From contig OZ251518.1 of NCBI GenBank assembly GCA_965242965.1, positions 5,376,001-5,440,000 on the forward strand: a stretch of 64,000 nucleotides of DNA, read 5' to 3'. Positions 1 to 11,500 of the stretch are shown here, in pieces. Under the pieces are notes generated by a model, which was given only the letters and a program-made list of their open reading frames with translations, had not been told where the DNA came from and did not search any database. The translations under genes and the position numbers were made by a program. Each line of letters opens with the position of its first letter. Position 1 is the first letter of the stretch. The DNA comes from Candidatus Poribacteria bacterium. GTDB lineage: Bacteria; Poribacteria; WGA-4E; WGA-3G.

Positions 1-1
1 G

Positions 2-538
2 GAGATGGTAGGCGTTAATCCTGAATTCGCGCATGAAACGATGGCGGGCCTGAGTTTCATCCACGGGGTCGCGCAGGCGTATGAGGCAGGGAAACTCTTC
101 CACATCGATCTGAATGACCAGAAGATGAGCCGGTTTGACCAGGATTTGCGGTTCGGTTCTGAAAACATCAAAGGCGCGTTCTTCCTTGTCAAATTCCTTG
201 AGGATACTGGGTGGGACGGCTGCCGCCATTTCGACGCGCACGCCTACCGCACCGAAGATGAACAGGGGGTCTGGGACTTCGCCGCGGGGTGCATGCGCAG
301 TTACTTGATTCTCAAGGAGAAGGCACGCCGCTTCAACGAAGACGCGGAAATTCAGGGTATCTTATCGCAATTGCAGGCGCGCGATGCGGAACTTGAGGGG
401 TTGATGGGCAACTATAGTGCCAAGAACGCTGGCAAACTGCGGGCGATTGATTTCAAACCGGAGACGCTCGCGCAGCAAGGGCTTGGCTATGAGAAGCTCG
501 ATCAACTCACATTTGAAATTTTGACCGGGGTCAGATAG
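2..538 (+). CDS. xylA: Xylose isomerase, C-terminal part (5'-truncated by window)
   Basis: [32 protein letters not shown] and HFDAH motifs of class I xylose isomerase. Confidence 0.93.
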   Translation, partial: EMVGVNPEFAHETMAGLSFIHGVAQAYEAGKLFHIDLNDQKMSRFDQDLRFGSENIKGAFFLVKFLEDTGWDGCRHFDAHAYRTEDEQGVWDFAAGCMRSYLILKEKARRFNEDAEIQGILSQLQARDAELEGLMGNYSAKNAGKLRAIDFKPETLAQQGLGYEKLDQLTFEILTGVR

Positions 539-544
539 TTCTCG

Positions 545-1277
545 GTGGTAGGAGAGACTTCCCGGTCTCGATGCAATACCGTAGGTTCTTTCGCTGTAGC
601 GCGGGGGCCTGTCCCCCGCGATCTTGAAACGTTCTTTTCACCGTAGCGCGGGGGCCTGTCCCCCGCGATCTCAAAATTAATCGAGACCGGGAGGTCTCTC
701 CTACGGGAAAATCGGGTGCCTGTCCCCCGCGATCTTGATGGGGTGCTCCTCACGTCTGTAGTTCGGGAGCGCCCGCTCCCGAACGGATCAGGATCAGGCG
801 ATCCTGAACTACAGAGAGGGGGGCGATGCCTGCTGGTAGGAGGGACATCCTTGTCCCGGTAGTTTAAAAATCGAGACTAGGAGGTCTCTCCTACGGGAAA
901 AGGCGGGGGCCTGTCCCCCGCGAGCTCGAAGCGTTTTTTTCCCGTAGCGCGGGGGCCTGTCCCCCGCGATCGTTGGCATGGCGAGGGACAGGCCCTCGCC
1001 CTACGTGAAGGGGCGGCGTTTTTTTATTCGTAGCGCGGGGGCCTGTCCCCCGCGATCTCGATGGGGTGCTCCTCACGTCTGTAGTTCGGGAGCGCCCGCT
1101 CCCGAACGGATCAGGATCAGGCGATCCTGAACTACAGAGAGGGGGCGATGCCTGCCGGTAGGAGGGACATCCTTGTCCCGATAGTTTAAAAATCGAGACC
1201 GGGAGGTCTCTCCTACGGTATTGCATCGAGACCAGGAGGTCTCTCCTACCGGAAGAGGTGGGCCTGTCCCCCGCGAA
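545..1277. repeat. Mosaic cluster of GTAG-tagged palindromic (REP/BIME-like) repeats, including a ~180-bp direct duplication
   Basis: Multiple cgtagcgcgggggcctgtcccccgcg and gagaccgggaggtctctcctac units; 59-bp doublets at 756-814 and 1079-1137; ~719-897 nearly identical to ~1041-1217. Confidence 0.9.
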
Positions 1278-1300
1278 CCCTAAACCATCGGAAACCGCTT

Positions 1301-3238
1301 ATGAATACGCTTATTATCGCCGTTCTGAGTTTCGTCGGGTTCATTATCGCCTACCATACTTATGGCAAGTGGCTCGCCCGCAAGATTTTCGGTTTAGATG
1401 CGCACGCAACGGTGCCGAGTCAGGAACTGCGCGATGATGTCGACTACGTTCCTACCAAAAAGGAGATTATCTTCGGGCACCATTTCACGAGTATCGCTGG
1501 CACGGGCCCGATTGTCGGACCCGCCATCGCCGTGTTTTGGGGCTGGCTGCCAGCGTTGCTTTGGGTGATACTCGGCTCGATTTTCATTGGTGCTGTGCAT
1601 GACTTCGGCTCGCTCGTCGTCTCACTGCGCAATCGCGGACAAAGCATCGGCGAAGTCGCCGGTAGAATGATAGCACCTCGCGCCAAATTCCTCTTCCTTT
1701 TCGTCCTCTTCGCGGGATTAACCATCGTCCTCGCCATTTTCGGCCTCGTCATCGCCCTGATTTTCTCCTATTATCCGGAATCGGTGCTATCAGTGTGGGT
1801 AGAAATTCCGCTGGCTATTGTCATCGGGCTCTGGATTTATCGGCGAGGCGGTAATATCCTATGGCCCTCCATCATCGCCCTCGGCGTGATGTATATCGCC
1901 ATGGGGCTCGGTGCTTATGTGCTGCCGATTGACTTAGGGCAGTGGTTCGGCATTCCGCTGCTTGGGCAGACTTACATGAGCGTTGTCGTCATCTGGACGC
2001 TGGTGCTGTTTATCTATTGCTTCATTGCCTCCGTGCTGCCGGTTTGGACGCTTCTCCAACCGCGCGATTTTATCAACAGCCACGAATTGGTATTGGCACT
2101 GATTTTGTTAGTGCTTGGGCTCGGTGTCGCCGGGTTGACAGGCCAGGCAGACCTGGCTGCTTCTGCGCCTGCTATCGCATCGGATATCCCGCCGGATGCG
2201 CCGCCGATCTGGCCCTTCCTCTTTATTACGATTGCGTGCGGCGCGGTCAGCGGTTTCCACTGCATGGTAAGTTCCGGCACTTCCAGCAAACAGGTTGCGT
2301 CCGAAGGCGATGCGCAATATGTCGGATACGGCGCGATGTTGCTTGAGGGTGGGCTTGCGGTTGTGGTGATTCTCGCTTGTTGTGCTGGCATCGGGATGGG
2401 GATTTTTAATCGGACTGGCACCGGGGCGGACTATAGGTTTGAGGCGATTACGCAAGTAGCGCGCTCTGAAAGCGCGCCTACCGCGGGAGCAGAGATGGCG
2501 GCGGTGGTTGTCGGGCATGATGCTTGGCGAACCCGTTACGCGACGCAAACCACGGTGACAAACGCCGATGGCACGACTACCGTCAAAGGCGGTTGGGCAA
2601 GCCACGCTCTCAAACAGAAAGTGAGTGCTTTCGTTGATGGCGGCGGGAATTTCCTCGCCACGCTTGGCATTCCGCTGAAGATGGGCATTGCGATTATGGC
2701 CGTGCTTGTCGCCAGTTTCGCCGCGACGACGCTAGATACGGCGACGCGTCTCCAACGCTATGTTATCCAAGAACTTGCGCAGACTGCCAACATCAAACCC
2801 TTGCAGAATCGGTATATTGCCACGGTCTTCGCGTTAGTGCTCGCCGCGGCGGTTGCTTTGTTACAAGGACCGGGTGGCCCCGGCAGCGGCGGCTTAACCC
2901 TCTGGCCCCTCTTCGGCGCGACGAATCAACTCTTGGCGGGACTCGCATTTATGGTGATTGTCTTCTATCTCCTGCGTCGAAACAAGCCGATTTGGTTCGC
3001 GCTCTTACCGATGATAGTCATGCTCGTCATGCCCGCGTGGGCAATGCTCCATCAAATGTTCAATCCGCAAACAGGGTGGCTGTTTACGGGGAAGTATTTG
3101 CTCTTCGGATTTGGTGTTGTCGTGGAGGCCTTGCAAGGGTGGATGATAGTTGAGGGTATCATTGCTTGGCGCGAGGCGCGCGGGAATTATCCGGAACTTC
3201 CACCGTTGGAGACGCTTGCTGCAAGGGGTGAGGCGTAG
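1301..3238 (+). CDS. cstA: Carbon starvation protein A (peptide/pyruvate transporter)
   Basis: FGHHFTSIAGTGPIVGP, FITIACGAVSGFH, TTLDTATRLQRY, WPLFGATNQLL motifs; many TM segments. Confidence 0.95.
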   Translation: MNTLIIAVLSFVGFIIAYHTYGKWLARKIFGLDAHATVPSQELRDDVDYVPTKKEIIFGHHFTSIAGTGPIVGPAIAVFWGWLPALLWVILGSIFIGAVHDFGSLVVSLRNRGQSIGEVAGRMIAPRAKFLFLFVLFAGLTIVLAIFGLVIALIFSYYPESVLSVWVEIPLAIVIGLWIYRRGGNILWPSIIALGVMYIAMGLGAYVLPIDLGQWFGIPLLGQTYMSVVVIWTLVLFIYCFIASVLPVWTLLQPRDFINSHELVLALILLVLGLGVAGLTGQADLAASAPAIASDIPPDAPPIWPFLFITIACGAVSGFHCMVSSGTSSKQVASEGDAQYVGYGAMLLEGGLAVVVILACCAGIGMGIFNRTGTGADYRFEAITQVARSESAPTAGAEMAAVVVGHDAWRTRYATQTTVTNADGTTTVKGGWASHALKQKVSAFVDGGGNFLATLGIPLKMGIAIMAVLVASFAATTLDTATRLQRYVIQELAQTANIKPLQNRYIATVFALVLAAAVALLQGPGGPGSGGLTLWPLFGATNQLLAGLAFMVIVFYLLRRNKPIWFALLPMIVMLVMPAWAMLHQMFNPQTGWLFTGKYLLFGFGVVVEALQGWMIVEGIIAWREARGNYPELPPLETLAARGEA

Positions 3239-3285
3239 TATCAAATAACATAGAAAAGTGAGGGGGACGCGCATCGGGCCCCCTC

Positions 3286-3500
3286 TGTAGTTTGGGAGCA
3301 ATTGAGTTGCTCGTCAATAACGCTAGCGATGTCGGCATCGGGCCCACCTCTGTAGTTCGGGAGCGCCCGCTCCCGAACGGTTCAGGAGCAGGTGCTCCTG
3401 AACTACTTTAGGGAGAGTCTATTGTTCATCTTCAGTGGGGGCATCGAGACCGGGAGGTCTCTCCTACGGGAAGAATTCGAGACCGGGAGGTCTCTCCTAC
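3286..3500. repeat. GTAG palindromic repeat cluster
   Basis: Doublet at 3350-3406 and two gagaccgggaggtctctcctac copies. Confidence 0.8.
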
Positions 3501-3563
3501 CTCAAACGGCACCGTTCTGGTCCTCGCAAAAACCTCCTTCCCACCTTTTTTCTAAAATTTAAC

Positions 3564-3593
3564 TTGACATCAAAACCCTTCATAAGGTATCAT
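3564..3593 (+). promoter_or_regulatory. Putative sigma70 promoter
   Basis: TTGACA-18bp-TATCAT upstream of the S55 peptidase gene. Confidence 0.5.
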
Positions 3594-3677
3594 ATTATAT
3601 TATGCGCATTTGTTGCGAAAAAGAGACGCGAAATCGCTATAAAACCGAAATACGATAACAGAAAAGGAGTGAACATT

Positions 3678-5558
3678 GTGAAAAAGGCAACCTGGCTCTG
3701 CGCAATCGTGATGGTATTATCCTTCACGGCACTTCACGGCTACGCAGAGATTAAATGGGACGCGGAGAAGTTTATGCCGCTCACCGAAGTCGAAATCGGC
3801 ATGGAAGGCAAAGGCTATACCGTATTCTCCGGGGTAACCGTCGAAGAATTCGACTTTGAAGTTGTAAGCGTTGAATATAACTTCCTCCCGGGGTGGCATG
3901 TCGTCTGGTGTAAAGGGCTGAGCGACAACTTTAAGCGGACCGGTGTCGCGGGCGGCATGAGCGGCAGCCCGTGCTATATCAATGGACGACTCATGGGGGC
4001 CCTCTCGCTTGGGCATTTTAACCAGCGTGAACATGCCAATCTTTTTGGCGTAACGCCGTTTGAATTAATGGTGGCAGTCGCGGCACGCGGCATGCAGCCT
4101 AAGCTGAGTTACGAAGGCAGGCAGCTCTTTAACCTCAACTCGGCACAGGTGGAGGAAGGCCTGGATATGGGGCCCTCTCTCTTCGGCGATGGCAAGATGC
4201 CCCAGAGGCAGCGGCCGTTTGACCTGGGGCTTTTGGATAGCATCTCCGATGCATCGGCTCCAGGCCATGCCGCGCGCTTGGCGATTCCAGTCGCGATGCC
4301 GGCACTGAATTCGGACATGATGCGGTTTATCAAACCGCTGTTTGACACACTCAATTTTGAGCCGCTCCAAGCAGTAGGTGGTGGCAGTCCTGTCAAAGAA
4401 TCGCCTATTGAAGAAGGACAGATAGTCGGCATGGAAATCGTCCGCGGCGCGCTCTCATTTTTTGGCTACGGCACCATTACTTATGTCGATGGCGACGAGC
4501 TGCTCGCTTACGGGCATGCCTCATCCGGTGAAGGCCATGTCAATCTGCCGATGTCGGGTGGGTATGTGCATTTTATTTTGCCGAGCCGCAGCCGTTCCAG
4601 CAAATATGCATCTCCGACGCAGTTAATCGGAACCCGTGTCCAAGACCGGGATCCGGCCATCGCCGGCGTTATCGGGAAACATCCGCCTTATGTTCCGGTA
4701 AATATGAACGTTGAAACAAGCGATGGGCAACAGCGCGATACCTACTATGAAGTCATTCGGCACCGCAGTTTCACCCCACTTTATACCGGATTCGCTGCGT
4801 GGTTCATCATGGATTCGCTTGATTTCTATCAGGGAGATCACACGCTGAATCTCGGTGCGACGATTACCTTGAAGGAACAGCCGGGGCTCACCTCGCGGGA
4901 ACTCGTTTTCAAGAACACTTTTTCCTCTAGCGGTTCGCCGGGGTTCGGTGTCATGCAGACGCTGATGCAGCCGATGTTCCAACTCATTGGTAATACCTAT
5001 ACGAAGGTGGAAGTGGAGAACGTCACCCTCGATATGAAAATAGAGGACAAACGGCGGACAGCGGTGATTGAGAGCCTCAGCGTTGATAAACTCCGCTACC
5101 GTCCGGGGGAAACTGTCGAGGTGGAGATGGTGGTGCGTCCTTACCTTGAAGCACCGATGACGCAAACAGGAACGATTACGATTCCCAAGGATACGCCGGA
5201 TGGGCAAGTCACGCTGCTTGCCACGAACGCTAATTTCCATGAATTCTGGCAGCGTTCCCGCGCGCCGCTAAATTTCCGCCCGAAAAACATCAACCATCTC
5301 GTTGAACTCCTGCAACGTGGGGAGAGCAACGCTGATGTTATCCTTGAACTCTTTGTCCCGCAGCCGGGGCTTACTGTCCAAGGACAAGAATTTTCCGATC
5401 TGCCGACTTCCGTGATGTCCGTGATGAACACGGCGAAGCAGGTGGGCGAAAGCGGCTACACGATGGGCACGACGCTAGAAATTGACAAGGTCGCGACGGA
5501 TTACGTTATCTTCGGGAGCGGCATCATCCGCTTTGTAGTTGATAGAAACGCGCGATAG
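3678..5558 (+). CDS. Secreted SpoIVB peptidase S55 domain protein
   Basis: AAGGAG RBS then GTG at 3678; signal peptide; GVAGGMSGSP serine motif, GTITYVDGD.LLAYGH, LRYRPGETV. Confidence 0.85.
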   Translation: MKKATWLCAIVMVLSFTALHGYAEIKWDAEKFMPLTEVEIGMEGKGYTVFSGVTVEEFDFEVVSVEYNFLPGWHVVWCKGLSDNFKRTGVAGGMSGSPCYINGRLMGALSLGHFNQREHANLFGVTPFELMVAVAARGMQPKLSYEGRQLFNLNSAQVEEGLDMGPSLFGDGKMPQRQRPFDLGLLDSISDASAPGHAARLAIPVAMPALNSDMMRFIKPLFDTLNFEPLQAVGGGSPVKESPIEEGQIVGMEIVRGALSFFGYGTITYVDGDELLAYGHASSGEGHVNLPMSGGYVHFILPSRSRSSKYASPTQLIGTRVQDRDPAIAGVIGKHPPYVPVNMNVETSDGQQRDTYYEVIRHRSFTPLYTGFAAWFIMDSLDFYQGDHTLNLGATITLKEQPGLTSRELVFKNTFSSSGSPGFGVMQTLMQPMFQLIGNTYTKVEVENVTLDMKIEDKRRTAVIESLSVDKLRYRPGETVEVEMVVRPYLEAPMTQTGTITIPKDTPDGQVTLLATNANFHEFWQRSRAPLNFRPKNINHLVELLQRGESNADVILELFVPQPGLTVQGQEFSDLPTSVMSVMNTAKQVGESGYTMGTTLEIDKVATDYVIFGSGIIRFVVDRNAR

Positions 5559-5604
5559 ATGCAAAATAGTTCCGAAACCCCAACATCCATTAAAGGAGAT
5601 TACC

Positions 5605-7764
5605 TTGAAAAACCTAACTTACCGCACGCTTTGCGTAATGACAACAGGGCTCGTCTTGATAGTCCTAATCTATGCCGGCACCGCCGCTGCTGTGAAAACA
5701 TCGCTGTGGGAGCAGCAACAGCGGTCGGATTTTGATGCCGGCACACCGAAAAACCTCTCGCTCACCAGCAACGGGGATGTCATGTTGGCACCCAAGATAG
5801 AGGGGTTCACGAAACTGAAAGAGAACCAGGTTTGGGCACTCGTCGAAGATTCGGCGGGGAACCTCTATGCCGCGACGGGGAACGAGGGGAAAATCTATAA
5901 AATTAGCGCGGGCGGCGATACCGCCGAGCTCTTTTACGATTCTCCCGAAGTGACTATCTATAGCCTCGCTATCGCCGCGGACGATACCCTCTACGCCGGC
6001 ACCGGACCGGATGGGCTCATTTACAAACTCACTGATGCAACCACCCCGCCACAGACGATTCTGAGCAAAGGGGATAAATATGTGTGGGCCCTGCGTTTTG
6101 ACGCAGCAGGCAACCTCTATGCCGCGACCGGCACCGATGGCAAGATTTACAAAATCACGCCGGAAGGTGAATCCAGCGTCTTGTTTGATGCCGAAGAAAA
6201 AAACATCATGGCATTGCTGATGGTGGAAGATGGGTTCTACGCCGGCAGTAGCAACAACGGCATCATCTACCGTGTCATGGCGGATGGCAAAGCAACCGTT
6301 ATCTACCAAGCGAAAGAGAAAGAGGTGCGCGATTTGGCGATGGATAGCCAAGGCAATCTTTACGCCGCTGTCGTCACCTCCGCGCCCGCGGAACCGGGCC
6401 GGGGACGGCGTTCAAACGGCCCGCCTACGCCGGCAGGCCCTCCGCCACCAGGTGGCGGCCCGCCTGAAGAGAACGCCTCTAACATCTACAAGATTCGTCC
6501 GGATGGCACGGCGATGCCTGTCTGGAATTCGCCTGAGCCGCTTATCCTCGCCATTGTGCTGGAAAGCGATACGCAAATCCTGGTCGGCACGGGTGACGAA
6601 GGGAAACTATACCGTGTCAACCTGATGAACGGTGAGTCTGTGGAGCTCGGCAAGGCATCGGCGAACCAGGTGCTGGCGATTCATCAGAGAGAGGTGGAGG
6701 GTAACCTGCGCACGCTTCTCGCTACCGGCAATCCGGGCAAACTCTTCACGTTGACGGCGACGTATGTTGAGGAAGGCACGCTGGAGTCCGAAGTCCATGA
6801 TACGCGGAGTTTGTCGCGTTGGGGTAAACTTTCGTGGGAAGGCGCGATGGCGGAAGGCACCGCGGTTGAGTTTTCTACCCGTTCCGGGAAGACGCGCAAG
6901 CCTGATGATACGTGGAGCCCCTGGTCTGACGCATTGACGACAGCGGAGGGTTCGCAGATTCCGAGCCCGGATGGACAGTATATCCAGTGGCGCGCCAAGT
7001 TCACGACGAGTGACGCGATGCAAACGCCTATCCTCAAAAAGGTTACGCTTGCTTCTGTGCAGACGAACATCGAACCGAAGTTTAGCAGCATTGAGATAAA
7101 CGACGGTAGCGGTTCCGGTGCCGACAAAGGGCGGCGCGGCTCCGGCGGCGGTGGATTGCCCCCACCCGGGATGCGTTCCGGCGGCGACAGCGGCATGTCA
7201 AACAGTTCCGCTGACGCGCCCTCCAAAAAGTGGAAAATCAGCTGGAAGGTCGAGGATGCCAATGAGGACACGCTGCAGTATACCCTCTACTACAAAGGCG
7301 TAGAGGAGACGAACTGGAAGCGCGTCAAAAAGGAATTGTCAAAAGCGAACTACGATTGGGACATTACCGCCGTTGCAGATGGCAGGTATACCCTGAAAGT
7401 CGTCGCGACGGACAAACTGAGCAATCCGGTCGGCTGGGCGAAATCGGCGGAGAAGGTTAGCCAACCCTTTGATATCGATAACACGCAGCCCGATGTCGGC
7501 GCGATTCAGGTTACGGCGAACGGCGATGGCACCTACAAAATCGCCTGTGACGTGATGGATGCGATGAGCCCTATCAAGCAAGCCGTTTACAAGATCGATG
7601 ATGACGAGAATTGGAAAGTCATCTTCCCGGGCGATGGCATCTTCGATTCCAAGTCGGAGCAGCTTCTGTTGGAGACAGGTGAGCTTGAGGCAGGCGCGCA
7701 CACCATCATTATTCAGGTGACGGATCGTGCGCAGAACATGTCTGTCGGCCGCGCCAGTTTCTAG
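5605..7764 (+). CDS. Secreted beta-propeller (WD40/SBBP-like) plus Ig/FN3-like protein, partner of the S55 peptidase
   Basis: AAGGAG RBS then TTG at 5605; signal peptide; repeated GNLYAATG..GKIYKI blades; Pro/Gly-rich loops; C-terminal Ig-like domains. Confidence 0.75.
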   Translation: MKNLTYRTLCVMTTGLVLIVLIYAGTAAAVKTSLWEQQQRSDFDAGTPKNLSLTSNGDVMLAPKIEGFTKLKENQVWALVEDSAGNLYAATGNEGKIYKISAGGDTAELFYDSPEVTIYSLAIAADDTLYAGTGPDGLIYKLTDATTPPQTILSKGDKYVWALRFDAAGNLYAATGTDGKIYKITPEGESSVLFDAEEKNIMALLMVEDGFYAGSSNNGIIYRVMADGKATVIYQAKEKEVRDLAMDSQGNLYAAVVTSAPAEPGRGRRSNGPPTPAGPPPPGGGPPEENASNIYKIRPDGTAMPVWNSPEPLILAIVLESDTQILVGTGDEGKLYRVNLMNGESVELGKASANQVLAIHQREVEGNLRTLLATGNPGKLFTLTATYVEEGTLESEVHDTRSLSRWGKLSWEGAMAEGTAVEFSTRSGKTRKPDDTWSPWSDALTTAEGSQIPSPDGQYIQWRAKFTTSDAMQTPILKKVTLASVQTNIEPKFSSIEINDGSGSGADKGRRGSGGGGLPPPGMRSGGDSGMSNSSADAPSKKWKISWKVEDANEDTLQYTLYYKGVEETNWKRVKKELSKANYDWDITAVADGRYTLKVVATDKLSNPVGWAKSAEKVSQPFDIDNTQPDVGAIQVTANGDGTYKIACDVMDAMSPIKQAVYKIDDDENWKVIFPGDGIFDSKSEQLLLETGELEAGAHTIIIQVTDRAQNMSVGRASF

Positions 7765-7787
7765 CAATAACGAAGGCCGCCGTTTCC

Positions 7788-8350
7788 ACCGTAGCGCGAG
7801 GGCCTGTCCCTCGCGACCGTTCGGTCGAGACGAAAACCGTCCATTCACCGTAGCGCGAGGGCCCTCGGATGCCATACGCGCATCCGAGCGGGTTTCCCTC
7901 GCGATCGTCCAAGTCTGAAGCAGGATTTTCAAGATTTTCCAGATTTTCAGGATAAGAGTCGGCTGCATCGTCATGCGCGGCATGGCGGGGGACAGGCCCC
8001 CGCCCTACGGTAATAGAAACGCTTCTTCCACCGTAGCGCGAGGGCCTGTCCCTCGCGATCCCCCGGTCAAGACGAAAACCGCCCATTCACCGTAGCGCGA
8101 GGGCCTGTTCCTCGCGATCGTTGGGGTGCCAAGCACGTTTTCCTTAGCTCGCAGCATGGCGGGGGACAGGCCCCCGCCCTACGGTAACAGGACCGCCCGT
8201 TACCGTAGCGCGAGGGCCTGTCCCTCGCGATCGTTGGGGTGCCAAGCACGTTTTCCTTAGCTCGCAGCATGGCGGGGGAAACCCTCTCGCATGCGCGTGT
8301 GGCATGCGAGGGCCCCCGCCCTACGGTAAATGACCGCCCTCGCGCTACGA
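7788..8350. repeat. BIME-like mosaic repeat cluster (left flank of adhesin)
   Basis: About eight accgtagcgcgagggcctgtccctcgcga / inverted ggcgggggacaggcccccgccctacgg units with reused linkers and a caggattttcaagatt tandem. Confidence 0.9.
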
Positions 8351-8380
8351 TAACGAAAATTAAAAAAAAACGAAAAAAAT

Positions 8381-8410
8381 TTGACATTTTTTACGTATTT
8401 ATGATATTAT
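8381..8410 (+). promoter_or_regulatory. Putative sigma70 promoter of the adhesin gene
   Basis: TTGACA-18bp-TATTAT with TG extended -10. Confidence 0.65.
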
Positions 8411-8501
8411 ATCTATCAACACCGCTACGGTAGGAGAAATACCATATCAGGACAAGGATGTCCCGCCTACCAATAGCCAAAATATGTAGAGAGGAAAAAC
8501 A

Positions 8502-11500
8502 ATGAATATTACGACAAAATACCATAGGAAGACCCCCCCCGCCATCAACGTAAGTTAACAGATTGGATTTTCACCCCAAGTTCGCTGCCTCGCCTTGTCC
8601 TTCTGCTGTGCATCGGCATGCTTCCCTGGCTGGCAATGTCAACCACATACGCCGCAAATATAACAGTTCAACTCGCGGTATCAGGAGACACTGTGGGCGT
8701 AACCGCTGGGGCAGGAACAATAAACGCACGGACCGCGGTGAGTGGTGCGTTTACGCTCACAATCACTTACTCGGAGGAAGTCAACGGGCTCACGAGTAGC
8801 CAGTTTTCTACGTTTCCCGGTGCTGCAGTGAGTGTCACTAGCGGTCCGACGAAAAGTGCCTCCGATGCGAAAATCTGGACAGCGACGATTACCCCATCGA
8901 CAGCAGGCGATTTTCAACTTACAGTGAACAGTGTTGGACTCACACCTGCGGCAGGGAATAAGCAGATCAACTGGGCTCCGACTACACCATTCTATTACGA
9001 CGGCCCCCCGACGTTTGCTGCTGCAACCAGTGCAGTCTCTGTAGCGGAAAACACGCCTACTTCGACAAACCTCGCCACCTTGAACGCCACAGATATCAAC
9101 GGGACTACAATCAGTTATTCCATTACGGGCGGCGTAGATAAGACAAAGTTCCAGATTGCGGACACCAATAAGCTGCGGTTCAGTGCTGTTCTGGATTTTG
9201 AAAGTCCGCAAGATGTGCAGAGCACCACGCCGGTAAATGCGGCAAACAACAACGAATATATCGTTGTCGTGACTGCCTCTAGCACTGCCACCATCACCGG
9301 CGGGGTGAATCCAAACTTTGTCACGCAGATGCAGACGCTGACCGGCACGCAGACGGTGACGGTGACGGTGACGGATGTAACGGCACCGGATACGCCGAGT
9401 GCACCGACTGTGACAGCGGCGACAGCCACGCCGACGCAGTTGAGCGTGAGTTGGACCGCCCCCACTAACACCGGGCGGCCGGCGATATCGGATTACGATG
9501 TGCAGTATCGCGCCGGAACTTCCGGTGGATTCACGGATGCGGGTTTTGATGGCACCGGCACTTCAACAACGTTGACAGGTTTGACACCAGGCACAGCGTA
9601 TCAGGTGCAGGTGCGCGCGACGAATGCCGAGGGAACGAGTGCCTGGTCTAATTCTGGCACGGCGACTACGGCGGCGAACGCTGCGCCGATGTTCACGAGT
9701 AGCACAACGGCATTCGATGTTGCAGAGAATAGCACCACGGTAACGACTGCCACCGCCACCGATAGTGATAGCGGCGATGCTGTGAGTTATGCGATTAGCG
9801 GTGGTGCGGATAGCGCGAAGTTCTCCATCAATACGTCTAGCGGCGCGGTGACATTCGCCTCGGCACCGGATTTTGAAGATGCGCAAGATGTCGTGAGTGC
9901 CGATCCGGCAAATGCGGCGGGGAATAACGAGTATATCGTGACAGTCACGGCATCGAGTGGGACAGGTGGCCGTGCCCTGTCGGTGAGCAAGACGCTCACT
10001 GTCACGGTGACGAATGAGACTGAGGTGCCGTCTGCGCCGACTTCACTGTCGGTGACAGCGGATGATACCACGCCGACAGTGTTGAGCGTGAGTTGGACTG
10101 CGCCGACAAACACCGGCAAGCCGGCAATAACAGGTTACGCTGTGCAGTATCGCGCCGGGACTTCTGGGAGTTTCACGAATCATCCGCACCCCGACACCAC
10201 CACGGAAGCAACGATAACCGGGTTAACGCCGAATACAGCGTATCAGGTGCAGGTAAGTGCGACGAATGCGGACGGCACCGGGGCCGCGGCTACTGAAAGC
10301 GCGACCACGGCGGCGAATGTTGCACCGGTTTTCGACAGTGCCGTGACAACGTTCAGTGTTGCGGAGAATAGCACTACGGTGACAACCGCCTCGGCGACGG
10401 ATGCGGATACGGTGGTTACCGATGTGGTGAGTTATGCGATTAGCGGTGCGGATAGCGCGAAGTTCTCGATTAATGCGTCTAGCGGCGTGGTGACATTCGC
10501 CTCTGCACCGGATTATGAAACGCCGCAAGATGTCGAGAGTGCCGATCCGTCAAATGCGGCGGAGAATAACGAGTATATCGTGACAGTCACGGCATCGAGT
10601 GGTACCGGTGGCCGTGCACTATCGGTGAGCAAGACGCTCACCGTCACCGTTACGGATGTAACAACGGAGGCACCTGGCAAACCTACGCCGCAAGTCACTG
10701 TGACGACAACGACGAGTGTTACCATCAGTTGGAATCCGCCGACGAACACGGGCCCGGCGATTACGGATTACGATGTGCAGTATCGCGCCGGGACTTCTGG
10801 GGTTTTCACGAGTCATGCGCACACCGGCACCGGCACGACAGCAACGATAAGCAGTTTGACTTCGGGGACAGATTACCAGATTCAGGTGCGCGCGACGAAT
10901 GACGAGGGCACTGGCTCCTGGTCTGACGCAATTACGGGGACCCCGCAGGTGAACGTTGCCCCGGTTTTCAGTAGTAGTGCCACGGCATCGGTTGCGGAGA
11001 ATACGGCGGCGAGTGCTGTCGTGCTTACCGTGAGTGCTTCGGATGGCGATGCGCAAGACAGTGTCACGGGGTATACGCTGAGCGGCACGGATAGCGGTGC
11101 GTTCACGTTTGATAGTAGCAGCCGTGTGTTGAAGTTTCGCGCGTCACCGGATTATGAGAATTCGACAGATGTTGCGCATACGTCGCCTGCGCCGACGGAT
11201 GCGGCGAATAACAATGTCTATATCGTTTTGATTACTGCCACAAGTGGTTCGGGTGCGCGTGTGTTGTCAACGACGCAGCGGGTGGCGATTACCGTGGATG
11301 ATGTGATCGAGCCGCCGTCGCGCCCGCCGACCTTTACGGTAGACTCGGCGATTGCGACCCCGACGAAACTCGGTCTGAGTTGGGGTGCGCCTTCGACGAC
11401 AGGCAAGCCGGCGATATCGGGTTACGATGTGGAATATCGCGCCGGGACTTCCGGTACGTTCCTAGATGCGGGTTTCAGTGGCACTGGCACTTCCATGACG

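Noticed and set aside
502-1226. ORFs 502..753 and 891..1226 and similar ORFs (7339..8433, 15009..15886, 18974..19672, 42646..43168, 49212..49484, 52761..53985)
   Set aside because: Translations are built from repeat-derived words (RGTGPR, GDRPPRY, RDLPVS) in GC-rich palindromes lacking stops.
3435-3677. N-terminal ORF extensions (3435, 5539, 34071, 36072, 40256, 52822, 57069, 60137)
   Set aside because: They run through repeats, promoters or the upstream gene; better starts with RBS, overlap or paralogue support lie downstream.
7788-8350. CRISPR-like repeat/spacer appearance (also 15184-15826 and 58373-58547)
   Set aside because: Repeats occur in both orientations, spacing is irregular, linkers are reused, units are dispersed across the window and no cas genes are present; REP/BIME-like instead.
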